A stretch of DNA of 64,000 bases from Heptranchias perlo (taxonomy: Eukaryota). A program made the translations under genes and the position numbers. The notes beneath the pieces were generated by a model. The model was not told the DNA's origin, made no database searches, and saw only the letters and a list, made by a program, of their open reading frames with translations. The stretch lies in NCBI RefSeq assembly GCF_035084215.1, contig NC_090344.1, forward strand, positions 49,290,001 to 49,354,000, written 5' to 3'. Below are positions 24,597 to 35,567 of this stretch, one piece after another. How positions within the stretch are numbered: position 1 is the first letter of the stretch; each line of letters starts with the position of its first letter.

Positions 24597-26467
24597 TCAC
24601 AAAACCTTCGCCTTGCGTTTACGGGAACCCCTACGTGGTGCTACCCCTGTGGCTTCAGCAGAGGTAGTGGCAGGTTGCTCTTGTCCATGCCCTGACCGAT
24701 GAGATGCTTTGGGCCGACGCCTTCTGGGTTTCGGTGCCCGTGAAGGCGCCTCCAAAGACTGTTCCACCTGCACCTGTGCAGGGGCAGACTCGGCCAACTG
24801 GAGAGGGGGCAGCATTGCGGGTACTGGTTGAGAGGGGGGCAACAGGTGAGATGTGGGAGCACTTTGAGTGGCGTCCCCACTTCCATGTCTCCTTTCACCA
24901 TCATCCCTCTCCTGGCCCAGGCCCACATCACTCCTTCCACACTGCTGGATGAAGTTTGGAGGGCTTGTGTGTGGCCTTGGAAGGCCACTTGTAAAGTCTC
25001 TGTCAGCCTGTTTAAGGCGGTAGAATGTTGCTCATCCTGAATCCGAACGGCCGTTGTCAGGGCCTCAATGGACTCATTGTTGAGCCGTGCTTGACGCTCG
25101 ATGGAGGCTAGCCTTTCCTCCATTGCAGACATTCCCGCACCTACCCGCGACACTATCTCAGAGATGCCTTCACGTCCCTGCGACACTATCTCGGAGATAC
25201 CCTCCTGTACCTGTGCCACCATTCCCCTCATGCAGGAGTTGGACTCCTCCATCCTCTGCGCGATTGTGGAGAGTGCATGTGGCACCTGTTCCAGCACCTC
25301 GGCAATGTGCTGCTGCCCCTCGATGACTTTCCTTTTCACGGCTGGCCCCCAGGGTTCAGCATCTGGGTCCAGCTGAGCAGAGCCTGGAGAAGAGTGCTCC
25401 CAACGACGCGGACTCTCCACAGCTGCCCCTGCCACCAGGGTCTGCTCGTGCTCACATGTGCGTGGTGACTCACCATGTGCAAGCCCAACTACGTGAGGAC
25501 GGGGACCCACCAAGGTGTGTGTATCTGCACTGGTGGATGCATGGCTTGGATGTGATAATGGACCCTCAGAGACCGGCAGGTCCTCTGAGGAATCGCCCTC
25601 CATGGTCACGGCGCTCGCAGATGGGCCTGCAAGAGAACAGAAAGCAATATTAGGCACGTGGACAGATGTTGAGGTGCTGCAGATGCCAAGTGATGCTAAG
25701 ATCATTTGCTATCATGAGTGCTGAGTGTTATCTTTCTGTCACCGACCGCTTATGCAATCCCAGCCTTGGCATCCACCACGGACAGGCACTCCAGCGTGTG
25801 GCTGATCTCCAATGCCTGCTGCTCTGCGTCTGTTAGTGCCATCTGGTGTGGCGGGCCCCCTCCGATCCTTGCCCTCTCCCGGGCGTTCTGGTATCTCTTC
25901 TCCTATCAAAGCAAAACACAGAGGCGTGATTGAGTGATGGCTGCATAGTGACCCGCTGCATGCATTGGTGTGGGTGGGGTTGAGCGTCAGGGAGATGCAT
26001 GGGAGGGTGCGTGTGCAACATAGCCATGATATTGTATGAGGATTGGGTTGTGTGGTAGAGTTTGAATGGGGACAGGGGCGGTGAGTACGTGCAGGCAAGG
26101 TGAGGATGATAGTTGACTGGATGTGAGGAGCGATGCGAGAGCGTTGTGGTGGCAGCGCAGAAGGGGTTGTGTGGTGGTGGAGGTGATGTGGAAGACAGAG
26201 TGTGAGAGAATGCGTAAGTATACTCACTTTGGCTGACCTGGTTAGGTTATTAAATCTCTTCCTGCACTGGACCCAGGTTCGTGGCACACTGCCGCTGCTG
26301 GTGACCTCCTTGGCCACCTCCAGCCAGGCCTTCTTCGTGGTGGAGGGAGGGCACTTCCTCCCATCGGATGGGAAAAGGATTTCCCTCCTCCTCCTCACCC
26401 CATCCAGCAGCACCTGGAGTGAGGAGTCCAAAAATCTTGGGGCAGCCTTTCCTCTGGCCTGTTCCAT
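24597..26467 (-). pseudogene. Harbinger Myb/SANT-like DNA-binding gene, 3 exons (26467-26228, 25902-25743, 25626-24597)
   Basis: MEQARGKAAPRF...KKAWLEVA...RTWVQCRKRFNNLTRSAK|gtgagt; exon 2 EKRYQNARERARIGGGPP; GT-AG introns in phase; one TAA at 25750-25752 and a frameshift near 24950; C-terminal RKRK. Confidence 0.85.
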
Positions 26468-27140
26468 TGTTCAGAATTGGTTGTTTGCTGAAGGAGGAGC
26501 ATTGGTGGACTGCCCCCTTGAATAGGACACCACCAGCTGACAGACTTTGCTGCGTATGCGCAGTCCGCCCGCTGCACAGCTTTTCAGCGCGAAACCCAGA
26601 AGCACAGGTAAGTGGCTCCAATTAGCCTGCGTTTCCGTGCGGAGCACACTGATTTCACCGGGCGCGTTACCCACGCGTCCAGTCGACCCCCCCGCTGAGA
26701 ACCCGCCGCCCTCCTAATATCGGGCCATTTGTGTCCTCATCGCAACTTACTTTTCCACCTATCTTTGTATCATCAGCAAATTTGGCCACAAGACACTCTG
26801 TTCCTTCATCCAAGTCATTGATATATATTGTAAATAGTTGAGGCCCCAGCACTGAGCCCTGCGGCCCCCCACTAGTTACAGATTGCCATTTTGAAAATGA
26901 CCATTTTATCCCGACTCTTTGTTTTCTGTTAGTTAGCCAATCTTCTATCCACGCCAGTATATTACCCCCAACACCATGAGCTCTTATCTTGTGCAGTAAT
27001 CTTTTATGTGGCACCTTATCGAATGCCTTTTGGAAATCCAAATATACTGCATCCATTGGTTCCCCTTTATCCACCCTGCCTGTTACTTCCTCAAAGAACT
27101 CTAATAAATTTGTCAGACATGATTTCCCCTTCATAAAACC

Positions 27141-27284
27141 ATTGTAAACAATTTTACAACACCAAGTTATAGTCCAGCAATTTTATTTTAAATTCACAAG
27201 CTTTCGGAGGCTTCCCCCTTCGTCACCTGTTGTAAAATTGTTTACAATTGTCAACCCCAGTCCATCACCGGCATCTCCACATCA
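27141..27284. mobile_element. Penelope-like inverted terminal fragment
   Basis: 11-bp TSD ttcataaaacc (27130-27140, 27285-27295); same sequence as 46096-46320. Confidence 0.8.
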
Positions 27285-28229
27285 TTCATAAAACCATGTT
27301 GACTCTCCTTGATTGTATTATGAGTCTCCAAATGTCCTGCTACTACTTCCTTAATAATGGATTCTAGCATTTTCCCAATGACAGATGTTAGGCTAACTGG
27401 TCTATAGTTACCTGCTTTCTGTCTCACTCCCTTCTTGAATAGTAGTGTTACGTTTGTGGTTTTCCAATCCCCTGGGACCTTTCCAGAATCGAGTGAATTC
27501 TGGAAGATTACAACCAATGCATCCACTATCTCTGTAGCCACTTCCTTCAAGACCCTCGGATGCAAGCCATCAGGTCCAGGAGACTTGTCAGCCTTTAGAC
27601 CCATTAGTTTACCTAGTACTTTTTCTCTCGTGATAGTGATTGTTTTTAGTTCCTCCCTCCCCTTTGCCGCTTGATTTTCGACTATTATTGGTATATTATT
27701 AGTGTCTTCCACTGTGAAGACAGATACAAAATATCTGTTCAATTCCTCTGCCATTTCCTTGTTTTCCATTATTATTTCCCCAGTCTCATCCTCTAAGGGA
27801 CCAATGTTTACTTTAGCTGGCTTCCTTTTTATATCCTTGTCGAAGCTTTTACTGTCAGTTTTAATATTTCTTGCTAGTTTACTCTCATAATTTATTTTCT
27901 CCCTCTTTATTATTCTTTTTGTCATCCTTTGCTGGTTTTTAAAGTTTCCCAATCTTCGGGCTTACCAGTAATCTTTGCCATGTTGTATGCTTTTTCTTTT
28001 AACCCGATACCATCCTTTACTTCCTTCGTTAGCCATGGTTGGTTCACCCTTTTTGTGCAGTCTTTCCTCCTCAGGGGGATATATTTTTGTTGTTGACAGG
28101 GTCGGGTTCAACCATCTGCCACTCATTGTCTAGGCTCACACAAGGCGTGCGGCTCATACTAAAGAGTGGTCACTTGGGTGAGTTGTTAGAGTTGTCCCCT
28201 CACCGTAAATAACTCAGCATTTTCAAACA

Positions 28230-28525
28230 CACGCCAAGAGTTCTTCCACAGCACCTCCCAAACCTGTGACCTCCACCATCTAGAAGAACAAGGACAGCAG
28301 GTTCATGGGAACACCGCCACCTCCAAGCTCCCCTCCAAGTCACACACCATCCTGACTTGGACACATATTGTCGTTTCTTCATCGTCGCTGGGTCAAAATC
28401 CTACCTTCACCACATGGACTGCAGCGGTTCAAGAAGAAGGCCCACCACTTTCTCAAGGGCAACTAGGGATGGACAATAAATGCTGGCCTTGCCAGCGACA
28501 CCTGCATCCCCAGAATGAATTTTAA
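28230..28525 (+). mobile_element. 3' fragment of the tRNA-headed LINE family
   Basis: Matches the 57485-57810 tail. Confidence 0.8.
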
Positions 28526-28769
28526 AAGGTATGTTGAATTCAATTTCATAACTTGCCATCTGTGTGGATTGAACTCACAACCTCCGGGTTGCTAAAACAG
28601 TGCCATCCTCACAGCTGTATCAAACAGCGAGACAGTTCCTGGTCAAAAAAAGGCATGTTGCGCATTTGAAAGCCAATCGATGTGGCATCCTGGTTGTAAA
28701 ACCTGGATTAACTTTGTTATTGTTGGATCGAGGCAACATTAAAAAGACAGACAATTAATTTTGAAACAG

Positions 28770-28953
28770 TAGCGCGCACAAACACACACACAGGCAAATA
28801 TGTAAAAGATATTCCCGGAAGCCAAGTCTCAACTTGTTTGACAGGAAGGAGGAGGCGCAGGGGAAATCCAGAACTGCTCTCCGAGTCCAAAATAGCAGCA
28901 GCAAGTCGCGCAGTGGGATCAGACCGAGAGACAGAGACCAGTGACCAGCAGCA
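28770..28953 (+). promoter_or_regulatory. VAMP5: VAMP5 promoter/5'UTR
   Basis: CpG-enriched, ETS motifs CCGGAAG and CAGGAAG upstream of the ATG exon. Confidence 0.55.
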
Positions 28954-28956
28954 ATG
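28954..28956 (+). CDS. VAMP5: VAMP5 exon 1 (ATG only)
   Basis: gcaATG|gtgagt strong phase-0 donor compatible with exon 2. Confidence 0.75.
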
Positions 28957-29284
28957 GTGAGTGAAGTATTAACCTGACCCTCACGCCGATTGTGTCTGCC
29001 TCTGGCACCTCCGGATCGCGCTATTATTTCTAAGTATGGTCAAAAAGAAACTGAAAGTACAAAAATCACAGGCACTCGGGGCCAGTTTAAAGGACGATCG
29101 AGATGATCGACAGTTTTTTTTAAAATTCTGGACTTACTTCCAGCTCTCCCGGACAGCTCCTGCTCCGAGGACTATCGGCTTTGACCTTTGTGTATTCGCT
29201 TCAGTGCTGGAAGTTGCTCGCTAACCTGAGCTGATAATACGCCTCCTCCCTGCACCCCGAAAATAAACAAACAAAAACTGATCA

Positions 29285-29720
29285 CAGTGTCAGCTGTGGC
29301 TCAGTGGGCAGCACTCTGGTCTCTGAGTTTGAAGGTTGTGGGTTGAAGTCCTGCTCCAGAGACTTGAGCACATAATGCAGGCTGATACTCGGAGGGAGTG
29401 CTGCACTGTTGGAAGCACCCTCTTTCGGCTGAGACATTAAACCGAGGCCCCATCTGTCGGGTGGATGGGAAAGATCCCATGGCACTATTCAAAGACGAGC
29501 AGGGTAGTTCTCTCTGGTGTCCTGGCCCATATTTATCCCTCAACCAACTTCACTAAAACAGATTATCTGACTGCTGTTTGTGGGACCTTGCTGTGTGCAA
29601 ATTGACTGCCACATTTCCTACATTACAACAGTGACTACACTTCAAAAGTATTACTTTGGTTGTAAAGCGCTTTGTGTCATCCTGAGGTCATGAAAGGCGC
29701 TATATAAATGCAAGTCTTAC
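29285..29720 (+). mobile_element. DeuSINE in VAMP5 intron 1
   Basis: Full-length family motifs. Confidence 0.88.
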
Positions 29721-30669
29721 TTTTACTGCCCAGATAAAACTGCTCAGGGGTGGGAGCATTTAAAGAGAGACCGACAGGGAGACTGGACTGCCCTAATGCT
29801 GCAGGACTGCTTCAGTGTCCCTGGGCTTGCTCGGGAGTGGAAAATCAGGTACCCCTGATCACCATTCAGTGAGCCAGACAGGAAAGTTCATGCATGTGTC
29901 ATTTGGTGGAGAACAGGATTGGGTTTGGCTGCCACGCCCCCCCCCCCCCCACCATGGTTGGCTGGCCAGCCAACACCCGTTGTCTGATCTCACACATGAA
30001 GAACAGGCACTTGGGTGGCCGTCACCTATGGAACAGTACCCCAGTGACAGGCAGTCACCTGGGCATAGAATGTCAGTTTGTTCAATAATTTGCTGATTTT
30101 TAAATGCTCTGCGAATTCAATCATTTCTGTACTTTAACAGCTGCAATAACAGGATGTGCTGTTTTGCTTTATGACGGGAAAGATGAAAGGATTAATTTAT
30201 ATTGTCTTGTGCAATGAGTTAAAAACACCAGTATTGTCAGTTGTTGTCACAAGGATTTCAGTAAATAGACAGGTACAAGTAGGAAATGTTTACGCAGTCA
30301 CATTTCAGTTGATTTTTCACTAGGATTAATGTAACGGTGAGTCCAGTAAAATTAATTACCTGAACTGTAAAAGAGCCCAGCAGGATATTTCCAGATTCTA
30401 TCTTTCCAAACTTGGGCTTTGCCTGGATTTGAGTTGGATAACACTCGGGTGAAATATTGGTGGGGACAGGTCTGTCACTGGGGTAGGAGCAATTGGAGGG
30501 GTTGAATTCAGGCAGTAAGCAAATTGCACAACACTGGAGTGTGTTGGTTTAAGTGTGGCTTTTCCTAAGGTGCTTTGACACTAATACTCGAAACAGTGTG
30601 AACTGATTTGATGATTTTGCAAAAAAACAGTTCAATGAAAAACCGAGAATACTGGAAATCAAAAATAAG

Positions 30670-30862
30670 TAAAAACAGAAAATGCTGGAAATGCAGTGCA
30701 GGTTGATCAACATCTGGAAGACAGAGATAGAGCAGTGTTCTGGGTGGGGTCCTTTTTCAGAACTCAGGTCTGATGAAGGATCTCAGCCAAAACATCCTGA
30801 CTTTTCTCTTTTGGATGATTATTGACCTATTGTGCATTTCCAATGTTTTCTGTTTTTATTTC
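30670..30862. repeat. Palindromic Penelope-derived repeat
   Basis: aaaacagaaaatgctggaaat ... atttccaatgttttctgttttt arms; central ctgatgaagg. Confidence 0.65.
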
Positions 30863-31219
30863 TGTAATCAATTATATTGTTCAACTGATTATCATTAAAA
30901 GCTTTAGTGTTGGTAATAGTATGACTGAGGGCTTGTTGATTTCAGAGTCTGTTACCTTGATGTGATGCATAGAAATCTGCTAAGGATCCCTTGTAGTACT
31001 GACATTGCCCATTAATCATTATTTAAAAAAAGGAAAGAAAAAGACCCATGTCATCTTTTGGGAGACTTTTAAAGGTTGGTCAGTTCCCATCTGGAATACT
31101 GCATTCAGTTTTGGGCACTGAACCTCTGCCCAGTTGAAAATAAATCCTTGACTGCTTTCACTGCCCTGCCACTTCTCTTTAAACAGCGTCTGTGGTGCAT
31201 AAGCTGACACAGGCACAAT

Positions 31220-32016
31220 GGGGGAATTTTAAGCTCCAAGAATGTGTGGGTTGGGGTCGGGTGGGAAGTAAAAATTGCAGAAATTTCAAGTGGGCCCACT
31301 TCCGGGTTTAAGGGAGACAGGTTGGAGGGCAACCAACCCGCTCTCAGGCGGGACGGTCAGTGAAATTTTTTAAGGTGGCTGGGCGCCTCCATTTTAGTAA
31401 CATTTTTATTTTTAACCCATGGAGGCCGGGTTTCCGGGGCTGTGGGAATCCCGACAGGTAAAGGAGGCGAGAAGGGCCGGATCCATGAGGTTAGTGCACT
31501 TACAGCACTGCTTGTGGGCCAGGGGGAGCAGGAGTGCTTCCCCCGCCACCCCCCTCCCAAGCTAACCTGTTTACACACCACGTGATCGGACGCCGCGATG
31601 CCCAACTCTCACCACCACACCCGCAATCTCTGACTGCTCACCCCCCTGCAATATCCGACATCCCTCCTAACGAAGCCCGACTTCCCCCTCCACGATGTCC
31701 GAATTACCTCCCCGCAATGTCCGACCCCCCCCCCACCCCACGATCGGCCCCGATCCAAACCCCGAAGACCCTGACCTCTCCCCGGCCCCACCATCCAAAC
31801 CCCGAAGACCCCAATCGCTCCCTGGTTGCTTTAGCGTCCGAGAGGCAGCTAGCCTGTCCATCTGGCTGGCTGTCGGGCGCAAAACCTGATGAAAAAATTT
31901 AAAAGATATCCTACCATCAAAACTGTCATGACATGCAGGAAACCCTTTCTTCCAGGTTTCCCATCCGAAAATCTTCCCCCCTGCTCTCTTCCCGGCTCCA
32001 AATAAATATTGGGGCC
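31220..32016. mobile_element. Harbinger-type MITE
   Basis: AAT 3-bp flanks, GGGGGAATTTT / AAATATTGGGGCC ends, cccacttccggg motif shared with the Harbinger copies. Confidence 0.55.
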
Positions 32017-32573
32017 AATAACTCTGGTGTCTTGTCCTAAACCAAAACTTTGTGCTGTGCAAAAATTGTTATGCGTTTTAAGATAAAACCAAAGAAATTC
32101 CAGCCAAGGTTACAGCACCCTAAAGCAACTTAATAATGAGTGACTTTGAATTAGGACAAAAAACAAATAGAAAGTTGTAGCTCGATCTCCTCAAAAATGC
32201 AATGCTCACTTACAAGAGTAATTTGAGACAGAAAAGATAAAGATATATTTGGAGTAAAAAGACTCAAAACATAGCTTTCTTCATAGTGAACAATTTTGAA
32301 TCAGTGCTGTCAATTCCCTTCATAATCTTGAAAACTTCAATTCGATCATCTCAAAGACTCCTTCTTATGTTCCCTGTTTAATTCCTTGTACTGGAGTGAT
32401 GATGGAAGCCTCAGATTTCCATGATTCCCTGAATTCGCAGTCTCAGCTGCGTGTTTTTTTTTGGAGGGAGGAGTTGTTTCCTTGGGGGAGAGAATGAAGA
32501 TCATTCCCTTTCATCTTACCATGGACTTTCTAGGCTCTTTCTGAACCTCTTATTGTGATTTGATTTCTTGTAG

Positions 32574-32720
32574 GGTACGAATAATTCAGATATAATTAAC
32601 AACATTCATAAACAAGTGGATGATGTCATGGAGGTCATGGTTGTAAATGTTGGAAAAGTTAAGGATCGAGGAGGCAAATTGGAAGCTCTGGATGACAGAG
32701 CTGAACAGCTGCTGGAAGCC
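32574..32720 (+). CDS. VAMP5: VAMP5 exon 2, R-SNARE motif
   Basis: ttgtag|GGT...GCC|gtgagt; QVDDVMEVMVVNVGKVKDRGGKLEALDDRAEQLLEA with zero-layer R. Confidence 0.9.
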
Positions 32721-33794
32721 GTGAGTAACTCTTTCTGTATTTATGTTGGAATATCTGCTTGCTTCTGCAACTTCATTTCGATAAATTCATCACAAGCAAC
32801 TAAAAACCCATTAATTTTACTTCAATCCATGCGAAATAATAGAATTAATTGTCAGGAGTGAATTTGAGGATTATCTGTATAATTAACAGTCGTTAGTAAA
32901 CTGCAGTCAACATTGATTCACACAATCCTTCCTTGACTTCTTTGCAAAAGTGACAATCTGAGTGGACTGTGGTAAACCCTGGACTTCCAAAAGGCCTTTG
33001 GTAAAGTTCCACACCAAAGGCTATTACTTATGCTGAAAGCTGTTTTGATTCAGGGTGAATCTTGGGAATGGATAAGAAATTGGCCGTAAGGTGAAAAACA
33101 ACAGGTTCTTTCAGAGAAGTTGGGGCTTAAATTCAACATAGTTGCACCTGCTTTATGGGCTTCAAAGATTTTCAACTTGATTTCAGCTGAAGTGAAAATG
33201 GGCGGTTTCTACAACAGGCAGCTGATCCACAGTGGGCAGTAATTTGAAAATCTAATCCAAAATGTCCAACCAATGCAGAGCAGCAATCAACACACCCAAT
33301 AGAATGTTGAACTGTATAGGCAAAACAGTCGAATAAAAGTCCGAGATCAAACTGTACAGTGATCTGGTCAGGCCGCACCTTGAGTATGGTGTACAGCTCG
33401 AGTCACCGAGACACAAGGAAGATATTCAGGCATTGAAGCCAGTCCGACCTGAAACGTTAACTCTGTTTCTTTCTCCACAGATGCTGCCTCACTTGCTGAG
33501 CTTTTCCAGCATTTTCTGTTTTTATTTCAGATTTTCAGCATCTGCAGTATTTTGCTTTTGTAATTATCTGTGATGCTGACTTGTGTTCAGTGTCTATCAG
33601 AAAAATTCCACTTTTGCTCCAGATCTCAGCTGGAGTGGGAATAAGGATGCTGCAAGTGACCTTAGTGCCCCTGGGTTAGGGAAAAGAAAATCAGCCAGGG
33701 TTCCCATTCCTAATCATTACCAGTGACTCTTGCTAGAAAGTGTGTGTCTTTGGACATTAGAAGAAAACATCAATGCCCCCACAGTCAAGTAAAG

Positions 33795-34245
33795 AAAGAA
33801 CCTGCATTTATATAGTGCCTTTCACGGCCTCAGGATGTCACAAAGCATTTTATAACCAATGAAATACTTTTGAAGTGTACTCACTGTTGCAATGTAGGAA
33901 ACGCGGCAGACAATTTGTGCACAGCAAGGTGGCAATGAGATAAATGTCCAGATTACCTGTTTTAGTGATTTTGGTTGAGGGATAAATATTGGCCAGGACA
34001 CCGGGAAACCTCCCCTGCTCTTCTTCCAACAGTGTCATGGCATCTTTTACATTTACTTAAGAGGGTAGACGTGGCCTTGGTTTATCATCTCATCCGAAGG
34101 ATGGAACCTCCCATAGTGCAGCACTCCCTCAGTACTGGCACTGGGAGTGTCAGCCTAGATTATGTGCTCAGGTCCTTGGAGTGGGATTTGAACCTACGAC
34201 CTTCTGACTCAGAGGCGAGATTGCTACCATGAACCAAGGCTGACA
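33795..34245 (-). mobile_element. DeuSINE
   Basis: Reverse-complement family motifs. Confidence 0.85.
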
Positions 34246-34647
34246 AGTAGCTTGTCGATATTCACTGTCCAGAGTCTCTCGTGGCCAATTGGATGAGGTT
34301 GTAGAGGGTTAGTGTACTAAATGCTCCTTGGCTGATTTTCCTCTGTACGCCCCATCTACTCCATGCTTTACATCCAAATGCTAAACAGGAAAATCTGCTT
34401 CCATGAATCTTGATCTTCTTCATAAGCATTGTATGTCGAATTTTATGAAATATTTTGTGAAAATCCAAGTCTGTATGTATTAGACAGTCCCTGTCAGCCA
34501 CCTCAATGTGAGACATCACCTGGTACTGTTCTTGTGGTCTACGCTCTCTTCACTTGAACAATGAGTTTCAGAATTTCAAATAGTTCATGTCAGTAATCAA
34601 GTTTGGGGATTTCAGTGAGTGCTAATGCTGTGTGTTCATCTTTACAG

Positions 34648-34845
34648 GGTAAAGTTTTTCAGAAGACCACAAAAGAAGTAGCTCAGCAAGAAAAGTTTAA
34701 AAACATGAAATGGAAAATCATTATGGGAGTGGGAGTTGGTCTTCTTATCCTCCTCCTCATCATCATAGTGATCGTTTTCGCGATTCCATCTTCAAAGCCA
34801 GAGGCTTCAGCAACTCGTTCCACGACTGTGGAAGGATCGCAATGA
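34648..34845 (+). CDS. VAMP5: VAMP5 exon 3 (TM helix plus luminal tail)
   Basis: ttacag|GGT; GKVFQKTTKEVAQQEKFKNMKWK, TM, then Ser/Thr-rich tail as in VAMP5; 115-aa protein; position between VAMP8 and RNF181. Confidence 0.9.
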   Translation, partial: GKVFQKTTKEVAQQEKFKNMKWKIIMGVGVGLLILLLIIIVIVFAIPSSKPEASATRSTTVEGSQ

Positions 34846-35259
34846 AGATTTGTTCAGCAATAACCATTGTGATCTGGACTGCTGATTACTTTGTAAAGTT
34901 AAGAAAAATCACAGTTGATTATCATCAATTGTTGCTGAGCCAACTCATACACTAGGTGGTTCTAACTGTGGTACTTAGAAGTTAGGAACAAAACATCTAC
35001 GGAGTAGCAATTGATATTGTTAACACATTTTTATTGCATTTTTTAATTATTTTGTTGTCCATCCATTGCAAAAAATATAATTCAGTGCAGCTTTACTTTA
35101 TATTTGAAATAATATATGGGATTTTTATCAAGATGGGGCCTGTCAGATGCTTCAGTTTTGCTGTATTAGGCCTTGAAGCTGGTCTCTGACACCACCGGTG
35201 TGGAGAGAGCTCACCCCTGCGTATACTGACAGCTTAACACCACTCCAATCAGTAAAATC

Positions 35260-35567
35260 GGGTACGGTAGCGTGGTGGTTATGGTACTAACAACCCAGAG
35301 GTCGTGAGTCCTATCCTACCATAACAAGTTGTAAAATTGAATTCAACAAAAACTGGTAGTTTGTGGGCTGGCTCCAGAAAAATGACCATGAAAGCAGCTG
35401 GATTATGGTAAAATCCCAACTGATTCAGAAAGGGAATCTGCTGACCCTACCTGGTCTGTCCCACATTATATGGTTGACTCTTAATGTCCTCTGAAGCAAG
35501 CCAGGGAATACTACAGATGGTTAATAAATGAGGACTTGCCACATCCTTCGAACAAATAAAAATAAAA
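35260..35567 (+). mobile_element. Short SINE-like derivative of the tRNA-headed LINE (old copy)
   Basis: Starts gggtacggtagc like 54530; has 5'UTR motifs, then ttaataaatg...ttgccacatcc tail. Confidence 0.7.

Larger units (their letters stand above)
23386..26727. mobile_element. Non-autonomous PIF/Harbinger DNA transposon, copy 1
   Basis: Imperfect terminal inverted repeats GGACTCGATTTTCGCA / TGGCCCGATATTAGGA, TTT 3-bp TSD restoring the CR1 host, convergent transposase and Myb genes. Confidence 0.88.
22512..28090 (-). mobile_element. CR1 LINE, split by a Harbinger (23386-26727) and a Penelope fragment (27141-27284)
   Basis: Colinear RT fragments: [56 protein letters not shown]; (accataag)n tail. 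Confidence 0.93.

Noticed and set aside
24641-26467. Domesticated host gene of NAIF1/MSANTD type
   Set aside because: Lies inside terminal inverted repeats with a TSD, is multi-copy, and has a stop and a frameshift
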